Below, in pieces: positions 9,988-19,289 of a stretch of 64,000 nucleotides of DNA. The number at the start of each line of letters is the position of its first letter. Within the stretch, counting starts at the first letter, position 1. The notes below the pieces were generated by a model that saw nothing but the letters and a program-made list of their open reading frames with translations, did not search any database and was not told where the DNA came from. Origin of the DNA: Spirochaetia bacterium (GTDB lineage Bacteria > Spirochaetota > Spirochaetia > CADAEX01); the NCBI GenBank assembly GCA_045606105.1, contig JAZURI010000003.1, positions 1 through 64,000 of the forward strand, in the 5' to 3' direction. A program made the position numbers and the translations under genes.

Positions 9988-11178
9988 GTGGAAATTATCG
10001 AGAGAACCGACACAGTTACCAGAGTCAGATGCGGAGACCGGGAGATTACTCTTCTGGGAACAGCCCATGTATCCCGTGAAAGCGTGGAGGAGGTCAGAAG
10101 CTTTATCGAAAACGAGAAGCCGGACCGGGTCTGCGTAGAACTTGACGAAAGACGTCTCAAGTCCATGAGCGAGGGAAGCAACTGGGAAAATCTCGATATA
10201 TACAAAATCATAAAGACAGGACAGACCTTTTTCTTTCTGGCCAATCTGGCAATGTCTGCCTTCCAGAAGAAAATAGGGGCCAACCTTGACATAAAGCCCG
10301 GCGAGGATATGAGACAGGCGGTGGAGATTTCCAAGGCCAACAACATTCCGTTTACACTGGCAGACCGTGATATTCAGACCACTCTCAAGAGGGCCTGGAA
10401 GCTTTCCAGCATTTCAGAGAAAAGCAGGATGATCAATTCCCTTGCCGGTTCCGTTTTTTCCAAGGAGGAGGTATCCGAGGAGGAGATCGAGCAGCTGAAG
10501 AAGAGAAGCGCCCTGGAGGACATGATGCAGGAGATGGCAGAATACCTGCCGTCGGCAAAGACAGCCATCATAGATGAAAGGGATCTTTTCCTGGCTTCCA
10601 GGATTTATGCATGTACCGAAAGCAGGATAGTGGCAGTTCTGGGTGCGGGACATATTCCCGGCATTCTCAGGCATTTCGAGAAGTTCGAGGCTGAGGGAAA
10701 GATTGCCGATGTGGCAGCCATAGATTCCGTTCCGGCCAAAAGCAAGGCGGCAAAGGTTCTTCCGTGGCTTATTCCGGTCATGTTTGCAGCTATCATCATT
10801 ACAGGTTTCTTCAATGCAGGAACGGAAAAAAGCACCGACCTGCTTATTCACTGGTTTGTGGTAAAGGGGGCTCTGGCAGCTCTCGGTGCTCTTGCCGCAC
10901 TGGCACATCCTCTGACAATAATAGCGGCATTCTTTGCGGCACCCCTTACATCCCTGAATCCGACCATCGGTGTGGGAATGGTTTCCGGTATCCTGGAGGC
11001 AGTTCTCCGCAAGCCTAAGGTAAAGGATTTTCAGGCTCTGGCCGACGACATAATGACGGTAAAGGGCTTTTTCCGCAACGGAATAACCCATATCCTTATT
11101 GTTTGTCTCATGACAAGCATCGGTGGCGTGGTGGGTACTGTTATTGTTTTTCCTTGGCTGCTGGCTCTGCTGCAGTAG
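9988..11178 (+). CDS. TraB/PrgY (pheromone shutdown) family protein
   Basis: LLGTAHVS, VCVELD..R, DRDI..TL.R, IIDERD, AVLGAGH and C-terminal TM segments. Confidence 0.9.
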   Translation: MEIIERTDTVTRVRCGDREITLLGTAHVSRESVEEVRSFIENEKPDRVCVELDERRLKSMSEGSNWENLDIYKIIKTGQTFFFLANLAMSAFQKKIGANLDIKPGEDMRQAVEISKANNIPFTLADRDIQTTLKRAWKLSSISEKSRMINSLAGSVFSKEEVSEEEIEQLKKRSALEDMMQEMAEYLPSAKTAIIDERDLFLASRIYACTESRIVAVLGAGHIPGILRHFEKFEAEGKIADVAAIDSVPAKSKAAKVLPWLIPVMFAAIIITGFFNAGTEKSTDLLIHWFVVKGALAALGALAALAHPLTIIAAFFAAPLTSLNPTIGVGMVSGILEAVLRKPKVKDFQALADDIMTVKGFFRNGITHILIVCLMTSIGGVVGTVIVFPWLLALLQ

Positions 11179-12535
11179 CTCCGAACACAGCTTTTATTCC
11201 CTCATTTACGGTTCTTATTTCCCGGTATTTTATTCCCAGGGAATTCTTTGTCCTTTCAGCTCCTGCCGGTGCCACGAAGGTACTGCATCCGAATTCCGAG
11301 GCTGTCTTTTCCCGTCCCGGAATGTTGCTTACATTGAGAACCTCTCCTGTGAGGCTCAGCTCTCCGGAGGCTGTAATACCATCCTGAATTGAAATTCCGG
11401 TTCTGGCAGAGTAGAGTGTCATGGCTACCGCCAGCTCTGTTCCCACATCCCTTATCCTTATTCCGCCGGCCACATTCACATAGATATCGTGGTCCGAGAA
11501 CCTGAGTCCGCAGTGCTTTTCCAGAATGGCCGCAATCCTTGAAATGACGGAGCTGTCTATCTTTTCCGAAAAGATTCTTGATATGCCGGTTTTGGAAGGT
11601 ACGGTAAGGGCCTGAAGTTCCACCAGAAATACCCTTGTTCCCTCGTATACCGGTGTTATGCATACTCCCGGCGGAACCCGGTTGTTTTCCCTTTTATTGA
11701 GGAACACGGTTTCCGGATTCTTTATCTGGACCAGTCCGTTCCTTTCCATCCTGAAAAGACCGAATTCATCTATGGAGCCGTATCTGTTCTTGGCTGCCCT
11801 GACTATACGGAGCTCGTTGCCTGAGCTTTCGAAATAGAGTACCGTATCCACCATATGCTCTATGGTTTTCGGTCCTGCTATGATGCCTTCCTTGGTGACA
11901 TGGGCAATCATTATCACCACTGAGCCCCTCTGCTTTGCCCAGTCTGTAAGCATTCCGCAGCTGTACCTGAGCTGGGTGGTCGTTCCTGCCGTATTTCCTA
12001 TTTCGGCCGAAACCATGGTCTGTACCGAATCGAGTATGACAAAATCGTATTTTCCGGAGTTCAGTACTCCCAGAACCGAATCTAGGTTCGTGTCGCACAG
12101 AATATCCAGCGAATTTCCCTTAAGCTCCAGTCTGTCTGCCCTCTGCTTTATCTGGGCTGCCGATTCCTCACCGGAAACATAAAGAACCCTCTGTTTCCCT
12201 TTTTCCGAAACCTCGGCCCCCATCTGGAGCATCAGGGTGGATTTTCCGATTCCCGGTTCCCCTCCGATCATGATTGAGGAGCCCTTCATTATTCCGCCGC
12301 CCAGAACCCGGTCTATTTCTCCGATTCCGGTGAATATCCTTATGTTTTCTCCGGCACCGCAGCTTGAAAGGGGTAAAGGAGCTGCTTTTGATACTGTCTT
12401 GGAAAGCTTCTGCGGCTTTTTGCTTACCTTGTTTTCGGAAAAGCTGTTCCAGGTTCCGCAGGAGGGACATCTTCCCGTCCACTTGAATTCTTTGTGTCCG
12501 CAGTTGTCGCAGATATAAACGATTTTGTCTTCCAT
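11141..12535 (-). CDS. radA: DNA repair protein RadA/Sms
   Basis: C4 zinc finger, GEPGIGKSTL, KNRYG motif, Lon-like C-terminus. Confidence 0.97.
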   Translation of the reverse strand: MEDKIVYICDNCGHKEFKWTGRCPSCGTWNSFSENKVSKKPQKLSKTVSKAAPLPLSSCGAGENIRIFTGIGEIDRVLGGGIMKGSSIMIGGEPGIGKSTLMLQMGAEVSEKGKQRVLYVSGEESAAQIKQRADRLELKGNSLDILCDTNLDSVLGVLNSGKYDFVILDSVQTMVSAEIGNTAGTTTQLRYSCGMLTDWAKQRGSVVIMIAHVTKEGIIAGPKTIEHMVDTVLYFESSGNELRIVRAAKNRYGSIDEFGLFRMERNGLVQIKNPETVFLNKRENNRVPPGVCITPVYEGTRVFLVELQALTVPSKTGISRIFSEKIDSSVISRIAAILEKHCGLRFSDHDIYVNVAGGIRIRDVGTELAVAMTLYSARTGISIQDGITASGELSLTGEVLNVSNIPGREKTASEFGCSTFVAPAGAERTKNSLGIKYREIRTVNEGIKAVFGATAAEPAAKEKQ

Positions 12536-12618
12536 ACAGATATTTAAACATTAGTTGCCGAATTTATCAATGAGAGATTTATATTGAAACATGAAAACAA
12601 AACATATATATTTGAAAT

Positions 12619-13275
12619 ATGAAGTATAAAGGTATAATTTTCGATCTGGACGGAACTCTGGTGGATACACTGGAGGATATCTGTTACTATATCAATCTTA
12701 TTCTGGAAAAATACGGTTACCCCCTGTTTCCGTTGGAAAATATCACATCCATTCTGGGAATGGGACTGAAGTCTGCCCTGAAGCTGGCACTTCCTGAAGG
12801 GGTGGGGGATGACGATGAATATCTGACAAGGCTTACCGATGAGCTGATTGCGGCCTACGATGCGGAGCCGGTGGTGAAGACTGCTCCTTACAAGGGGATT
12901 CTTCCTCTTCTGGACGAGCTTGAAAAGCTGAACATTCCCATGGGAATCTTTTCAAACAAGGCCCATGATGTGACACTGAAGGTGGTGGACAATATCTTCG
13001 GGCTCAGTCGTTTTGCCTATGTACTTGGTTCCATGGAAAACAGACCGAGAAAGCCGGCTCCCGACGGTGCCTTCATTGTGGCAGAGAAGTTGGGAGTGGC
13101 CCGTGATGAGATTCTCTATGTGGGAGATACTGAGCTTGACCACAAGACTGCCCTTGCTGCCGGCTTAAGTGATGTAAGCGTGCTCTGGGGCTTCAGGACA
13201 AAAGAACAGCTGGAGGCTGTGGGAGCCGTAACCTTCATTACCGATTCTGCAGAAATCCTTGCATATTTCAGATAG
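12619..13275 (+). CDS. HAD-family hydrolase, phosphoglycolate phosphatase-like
   Basis: FDLDGTL, SNK, KPAP, YVGD motifs. Confidence 0.9.
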   Translation: MKYKGIIFDLDGTLVDTLEDICYYINLILEKYGYPLFPLENITSILGMGLKSALKLALPEGVGDDDEYLTRLTDELIAAYDAEPVVKTAPYKGILPLLDELEKLNIPMGIFSNKAHDVTLKVVDNIFGLSRFAYVLGSMENRPRKPAPDGAFIVAEKLGVARDEILYVGDTELDHKTALAAGLSDVSVLWGFRTKEQLEAVGAVTFITDSAEILAYFR

Positions 13276-13284
13276 GAGATAACC

Positions 13285-14997
13285 ATGGAAAGAAACGAGA
13301 TCATCAGCCTGGCTGAGGAATATATAAAGCTTGAAGAGAATGAAAAGTTTGCCGACGAGGTGAAAAAGCTTCTGTCAGAGGAGAATTTCCGTGAACTGGA
13401 GGACCGGTTCTACAAGAGCCTGGATTTCGGTACCGGTGGAATCAGAGGTATAATCGGCGGCGGTTACAACAGGATGAATCCTTACATAATCAAAAAGGTT
13501 TCCCAGGGGCTTGCCTCATATATCAACAAGGCAAAGGGGGAGGGAAGCCCTTCCGTTGTTCTTGCCTATGATTCAAGACGCTGCTCAAGGCTTTTTGCAG
13601 AGACAGCCGCTTCCGTTTTCTGCGGAAACGGTATCAAGGCCTATCTTTTCAGCTCCCTGAGACCTACTCCGGAGCTTTCCTTTGCCGTACGGAAGCTGGG
13701 CTGTACCGCCGGCGTGGTGGTTACTGCAAGCCATAACCCGGCAGAATACAACGGCTACAAGGTTTACTGGTCCGACGGCGGACAGGTTGTACCTCCTCAC
13801 GATACCCTTATCATAAAGGAGGTAAACAGCGTCAGTGAGATAAAATCGGTTTCCGTATCCGAAGCAGGTGCTCTTTTCTCCGTTATCGGCAAGGAAATTG
13901 ATGATGCCTACCTTGAGGCTGTAAAGAATGTCTCTCTCCGTCCGGAGCTTCTCAGGGCAGAGGGAAAGAATCTCAGGATTGTCTATACACCGCTTCACGG
14001 TGCCGGCCGTGTTCCTGTGGAACAGGCTCTCAGCAGCCTCGGAATCCAGGTGATTACCGTACCGGAGCAGGCAGAGCCGGACGGAGAATTTCCTACAGTA
14101 AAGTTTCCTAACCCGGAGGAGGCCTCTGCCCTGGCTCTGGCCCTGGCTCTCGGCAAGGAGAAGAAGGCTTCCTTGGTCATGGGAACAGACCCCGATTCAG
14201 ACCGTCTCGGTATAGCGGTTCCGGAAGGGGATGATTTCAGGCTGATTACAGGAAACCAGCTGGGATGCATGCTGATTTACTACATACTTTCAACTCTGCA
14301 GGAACAGGGAAGGCTGAAGGAAAATTCAGCTGTAATCAAGACTATCGTTACTACAGAGCTCCAGCGCCGTATCGGCCGCAGCTTCGGTGTCAGGGTTTAC
14401 GATGTTTATACCGGCTGCAAGTATATTGCCGCCCTTATCAAGGAGCTGGAAAAGAAAGGGGAGACCTGTGTTTACGGCGGCGAGGAGAGCTACGGCTATA
14501 TGCTGAACATGGATGTCCGCGACAAGGATGGTGTTACCGCTGCGGTACTGACCTCAGAAATGGCTCTTTACAACTTTGCCCGTGGAAAAAGTCTTCTGGA
14601 TTACCTTAATGAAATCTATGAAAAATACGGATATTTCATGGAGGCTCCTTTCTCACTTACACTGAAGGGACAGAGCGGTGCAGACCGTATAAAGGAAATC
14701 ATGGCAGAGTTCCGCAGGGAAAAGCCTGAATCACTGGGCGGTGTAAAGGTTGCCTCTGTTACCGATTTCAGAAACGGTGCTGTTATCGAGGGAATCACTC
14801 TGGATTCTTCCGATGTGCTCCAGTTCGTCCTTGAGGATGAAAGCCGGGTAACAGTACGTCCGTCGGGAACAGAGCCTAAGATCAAGTTCTATATCTCCTG
14901 CTGCGAGAAACCGGGAGTTTCCCGCTCAGAGGCTGAAAAAAGGGTTCAGTCCAGATGTGCTTCTATCAGGAAGGATCTGGAGATATTGCTCGGATAA
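13285..14997 (+). CDS. pgm: Phosphoglucomutase/phosphomannomutase
   Basis: FGTGGIRG, TASHNP, DPDSDR, GEESYG, RPSGTEPKIK. Confidence 0.93.
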   Translation: MERNEIISLAEEYIKLEENEKFADEVKKLLSEENFRELEDRFYKSLDFGTGGIRGIIGGGYNRMNPYIIKKVSQGLASYINKAKGEGSPSVVLAYDSRRCSRLFAETAASVFCGNGIKAYLFSSLRPTPELSFAVRKLGCTAGVVVTASHNPAEYNGYKVYWSDGGQVVPPHDTLIIKEVNSVSEIKSVSVSEAGALFSVIGKEIDDAYLEAVKNVSLRPELLRAEGKNLRIVYTPLHGAGRVPVEQALSSLGIQVITVPEQAEPDGEFPTVKFPNPEEASALALALALGKEKKASLVMGTDPDSDRLGIAVPEGDDFRLITGNQLGCMLIYYILSTLQEQGRLKENSAVIKTIVTTELQRRIGRSFGVRVYDVYTGCKYIAALIKELEKKGETCVYGGEESYGYMLNMDVRDKDGVTAAVLTSEMALYNFARGKSLLDYLNEIYEKYGYFMEAPFSLTLKGQSGADRIKEIMAEFRREKPESLGGVKVASVTDFRNGAVIEGITLDSSDVLQFVLEDESRVTVRPSGTEPKIKFYISCCEKPGVSRSEAEKRVQSRCASIRKDLEILLG

Positions 14998-17282
14998 ATT
15001 CTGATGGTATCTCCTTCGAGAACCATTTTTCCTTTTTGTGAATTGTTGATAAGGACAGGGATTTTTACTCTGTCCTTTTTTTCTTTCACTGCAAATTCCA
15101 CCAGCTTTTCCACCGAATCCCTGAATTCCACCAGCATAGGCTTTTCTGCCCCCTCCGGCTGGATGTAGAAGCCCGGGAAGTAAGGAATATCCCTGCATGG
15201 GGTAAACGGAATTCCGGCCAGCTTCATGTAATCCTCGAAATTGTCGAAAAGATATGGATTCAGCTCCGAAATATACAGGTTGCTGTCAAAGTCCTTCAGA
15301 AGAGCCTTGTATGAATCTATCCTGAGCTCCAGAAGCTCCTCCACATGCTTGTAGATTCCTTTCCTGTTTTTCACGATATTCCGGTAGAAGGTCCTGTTGT
15401 TGCTGATGATGTCGGTTCCGAAATAGGAAAGGGTCTTCAGCTTTGGAAAATTGAGCTGATCCAGCATGGTAAGTGATGAGATTATGTCAAAGATTGCATA
15501 TCTGATGCTGGTTTTTCTTGCCGATTTTGAGTAATAGGAAAAAAGCTTCCGGTCCTCCCTGAGAAGGTTGAGGTAATCCAGGTTCTTTTCTATTTTTTCC
15601 TCAATCATGGACCTGTCCCTGATGCTGTAGGTTCCAGCTTTGAGTGTCAGCTCTTTGTGATGAAAATGGTTCAGGACCGGACTGTCCAGCACAAGCATTT
15701 CCCGTTTGTCCATATCCGGTGAACTGAATAAATAGATATCAATGTTTCCGTCCGGTGTGTCAGGAATATGGAGATGGAGATAATTTTCGGTTGCCTCTGC
15801 GGTGGATGAGAAAAGGGTAAGGTCCTTGCCGGTGAAGATCCGGTCCAGCTCCTCCCTGAATTCCGGTGAAAGCTGCTGTCTGTTCAGCTCCGATACCGAA
15901 AAGGTGACAAAGAATCTTTTTGCAGTACCGTCAAGACCGGGATCGTGCCTGAACATGTAGGACCAGATTTCCACAGGATGCATGGTTACCGATGCGGTTT
16001 CCTCTCCCGATGTGATATTCAGGGTGCATTCTCCCTCGCTCATGACAAAATCGGGAACGGAGAGTCTGTATTTTCCGTATTCCCCGGTGTATGAATATTC
16101 CTGCTTTTCACCTCTCAGTGCAGCTCTGTCTGTTTTTGTATCCAGATAGCTTTCCGCAGTGAATACCATGGACACTTCCTTGAATTTCCATTCCTTGTCC
16201 AGGAGATTCTTGTAGTAGAAGCCGGTTTTTCCCTCCGGTGAAAGGCCTCCGACCCTGAGCTCCCTGGCAAAGTTTCCCCTGCCGTTCTGTACTATGGTTA
16301 TATGGTGGGTAATGGCTCCCTTTCCGGTAAGCTCTATTTCAGGCTGCTTTGCCCAGTCCTCATTAGGAAGTCCCCAGGCAGTGAAGTTTGATTTATATTC
16401 GTCTCCGCGGTAAGGCTGTACCTCTTTCTTGTAGGTATATTTGTAGAACATCGGGTCGCAGCCCATGGTGTCAAAGTCTATGAGTCTGGTATAGATTTCT
16501 CCCGCATCATTGATAAGCATTACGGTGGAGCCGCTGGCAGAGAGCTTTCTGGCAATGAAACTTCCCCTTTCCGGCAGAAGTATGGTACGGCTGAAGTCTG
16601 CCGGCAGCCCGGAATCTGTAAAACGGATGTTTCTTCCGTCCTCGGTAAGGAAATAGAAGGTTTCGATTCCCATGGAGCCGTAGTGATGCTGGTTGCCGAA
16701 AATATCCTCGTACCAGAGCACCTCGGACCGTCTGGTTCCCACGGCCCAGCTTCTGCAGTTTTCGGTAATGCTGTTTATAGTCAGCTGCTTCTTTGCCGGG
16801 AAGCCCATGTCCCTGTACCAGAGGTTGTGCTTCCTGATGGTGGTTCTTTCAAAATAGATCTCGTACATCCGGCCTCTGTCATCAAAGGCCAGGAGACTAT
16901 CCACATCTCCCGATATTTCGGTTATCCTGTCAGGAACAGGCCAGCGGTTATTGAAGTGAAAGGGCTTTCCGGTTCCTTTGAGCAGGGACCATTCCGCAGG
17001 TTCTTTTCCTTCGTTTCTTCCCTTGTAGTAGATCCTTCCGTCCACCAGCACAAACTGATAATCCTTGTTGAAGGTCTGGGTTGCTGTCTTGATGTATACC
17101 TTTTCCGGCAGGAATCCGTTTACATCGTCGGTATCGTATTTGTCGGCAAGAAATATTTCGTGGTCGGTGAAGACCTTTGCCGATTTCTTTTCATGGTTTA
17201 CTATATTTTCCGAAGATACGCATGAAGCGGTAATCAGGATAAATGCTGTCAGGAGACCTGTAAGAAGCTGTCTTTTCATCAT
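14946..17282 (-). CDS. Large hypothetical lipoprotein
   Basis: 778-aa ORF with host-like codon usage; signal peptide ending LITAS-C; SD ggag. Confidence 0.7.
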   Translation of the reverse strand: MMKRQLLTGLLTAFILITASCVSSENIVNHEKKSAKVFTDHEIFLADKYDTDDVNGFLPEKVYIKTATQTFNKDYQFVLVDGRIYYKGRNEGKEPAEWSLLKGTGKPFHFNNRWPVPDRITEISGDVDSLLAFDDRGRMYEIYFERTTIRKHNLWYRDMGFPAKKQLTINSITENCRSWAVGTRRSEVLWYEDIFGNQHHYGSMGIETFYFLTEDGRNIRFTDSGLPADFSRTILLPERGSFIARKLSASGSTVMLINDAGEIYTRLIDFDTMGCDPMFYKYTYKKEVQPYRGDEYKSNFTAWGLPNEDWAKQPEIELTGKGAITHHITIVQNGRGNFARELRVGGLSPEGKTGFYYKNLLDKEWKFKEVSMVFTAESYLDTKTDRAALRGEKQEYSYTGEYGKYRLSVPDFVMSEGECTLNITSGEETASVTMHPVEIWSYMFRHDPGLDGTAKRFFVTFSVSELNRQQLSPEFREELDRIFTGKDLTLFSSTAEATENYLHLHIPDTPDGNIDIYLFSSPDMDKREMLVLDSPVLNHFHHKELTLKAGTYSIRDRSMIEEKIEKNLDYLNLLREDRKLFSYYSKSARKTSIRYAIFDIISSLTMLDQLNFPKLKTLSYFGTDIISNNRTFYRNIVKNRKGIYKHVEELLELRIDSYKALLKDFDSNLYISELNPYLFDNFEDYMKLAGIPFTPCRDIPYFPGFYIQPEGAEKPMLVEFRDSVEKLVEFAVKEKKDRVKIPVLINNSQKGKMVLEGDTIRIYPSNISRSFLIEAHLD

Positions 17283-17356
17283 ATCTCCATTATATGAAAA
17301 TTAATCTGTTTATTTAATACCTTTTTTTTATTTATGAAAAATTGTATGATGAATCC

Positions 17357-17929
17357 ATGTCTTATGTTGCTCTTGATTTTGAAACAGCGACAGGTTCCCA
17401 TAACAGTGCCTGTGCCCTAGGTATGGTAAAATTTGACGGAGATTCAATCCTTGATGAATTTTATACCCTTATCAATCCCCCGGTGGTGAAGTTTGACCTG
17501 TTCAACATCGGTATCCACGGTATTCATCAGGAGGATGTGAAGGATTCTCCCACCTTTGCCGATATTTCCGGGAGTGTAATGGCATTTATAGGGGATTCCG
17601 TGGTAATGGCCCATAACGCAGGCTTTGACCTGAAGGTACTGAAAGCCACAGCCCGATATTACGGTATTGAACTGCCTGATATGGATTATATCTGTACATG
17701 GAAGCTTTCCAAGAAGCTTTATCCGGAGCTTCCCAGCAGAAGTCTCGATTCACTGGCCCGGAGAATAGGATTCAGATTTATGCATCACAATGCCCTGGAG
17801 GATGCCAAGGCCTGTGCCGCTGTTTTCCGCAGGATGGAAAAGGAGCTTTATCCCGAAAGCATAACCTCCGTAATAAAGCCCTCAAGATACTGTTTCAGAG
17901 ATTTTGTGATGCCTTATAGTCAGCAATAA
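17357..17929 (+). CDS. DEDDh 3'-5' exonuclease, DNA polymerase III epsilon-like
   Basis: [22 protein letters not shown]; start placed at ATG 17357. Confidence 0.9.
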   Translation: MSYVALDFETATGSHNSACALGMVKFDGDSILDEFYTLINPPVVKFDLFNIGIHGIHQEDVKDSPTFADISGSVMAFIGDSVVMAHNAGFDLKVLKATARYYGIELPDMDYICTWKLSKKLYPELPSRSLDSLARRIGFRFMHHNALEDAKACAAVFRRMEKELYPESITSVIKPSRYCFRDFVMPYSQQ

Positions 17930-19280
17930 GCTTTTCCCTGTCATTGACCATGAGAAGGGGCTGTCCTGTTGATTCAAGAACATCTCTCCAGAGCGATTCC
18001 TCCGGCTTGATTCTGTTTCTCTTTGCCACCACCAGATTGATAGGCAGATGGACATATTTGTTGTGAACCAGTCCGATTATGATTTTTGTCTTTCCGGCCA
18101 TGGCTGCATGTACCGCATTTGAGGCCAGTCTTTCACAGTAAACCGAGTCCGGAGCAATAGCAACGGCAGATCTGATCATGTAGCTCGGATCGATATATTT
18201 CATGGAAATATTGATTTTTCTTTCCTTGAAGTATCTGGAGATTTCTCCCTTCATGAAAAGTCCGATATCTCCCAGCTTCCTGTTGCCCGATGCATCTGTT
18301 TCACCGGTGGGTTCCATGTGCTCCTGTCCTGCACCCTCGGCAAGGACTATTACCGCATGGTTTCTTTCTGCCAGCCGTTTTTCAAGCTCTACCAGGAATC
18401 CGTTTTCTCCCTCCAGGTCGAAAGGAATTTCAGGAATAAGGCAGAAGTTTGCCTCGTGGCTGGCCAGGGCGGTATGGACTGCAATGAATCCCGATTCCCT
18501 TCCCATGAGCTTTACCAGTCCCACACCGTTTCTGGAGGAGAGAGCCTCCATGTGGGCCGATGCCACAGCCTCCTTTGCCTTGGCCACTGCTGTGTCGAAG
18601 CCGAAGGATTTCTGTATCATGATAAAGTCGTTGTCTATGGTCTTTGGGATACCTACAATGGCGATTTTCAGTCCTCGTTTCTCTATTTCCCGTGCTATGG
18701 CCAGGGAACCCTTCTGGGTGCCGTCTCCTCCGATGGTAAACAGCATGTTTATTCCCAGTGCAGCTATCCTGTCTACGATTTCAGATGTCCTTTCGCCTCC
18801 ACCCCGGCTGGTGCTGAGAAAGGAGCCACCGGTCTTGTGGATGGCATCCACTGTTGCAGGATCCAGCGGTATAGGCTGTTCTGCCGTTTCGGGAAGGAAG
18901 CCGTTGTAGCCGTACCTGATTCCGGATATGTGTCTTACGCCGTACCTGTGCCACAGGGTGATTACCAGGGACCTGATTACATCATTGATTCCCGGACAGA
19001 GTCCGCCGCAGGAACAGATGGCTGCATGGACCTCCTCCGGCCTGAAGTAGATTTTTTCCCTGGGACCGGCCTTCTGTATGAAGTTGTTGTTATAGGCTTC
19101 GGCATTCTTGTCCAGAACCCCCTCGTAGATATCCACATTGAAGCGGACAGCCTCATCATCCTTTACATAGTTGGAAATGAAGTTTCCTCTCTGTGATGAA
19201 AGCTTTATAGGGTTATCAACCCTGCATTCACCCAGTGTGCTGACACTGAAGTCATGTACTCCGTTGTAAACATCCATCAT
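17895..19280 (-). CDS. pfkA: 6-phosphofructokinase, group X, probably ATP-dependent
   Basis: [38 protein letters not shown]. Confidence 0.9.
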   Translation of the reverse strand: MMDVYNGVHDFSVSTLGECRVDNPIKLSSQRGNFISNYVKDDEAVRFNVDIYEGVLDKNAEAYNNNFIQKAGPREKIYFRPEEVHAAICSCGGLCPGINDVIRSLVITLWHRYGVRHISGIRYGYNGFLPETAEQPIPLDPATVDAIHKTGGSFLSTSRGGGERTSEIVDRIAALGINMLFTIGGDGTQKGSLAIAREIEKRGLKIAIVGIPKTIDNDFIMIQKSFGFDTAVAKAKEAVASAHMEALSSRNGVGLVKLMGRESGFIAVHTALASHEANFCLIPEIPFDLEGENGFLVELEKRLAERNHAVIVLAEGAGQEHMEPTGETDASGNRKLGDIGLFMKGEISRYFKERKINISMKYIDPSYMIRSAVAIAPDSVYCERLASNAVHAAMAGKTKIIIGLVHNKYVHLPINLVVAKRNRIKPEESLWRDVLESTGQPLLMVNDREKLIADYKASQNL

Positions 19281-19289
19281 AAATGCCTC

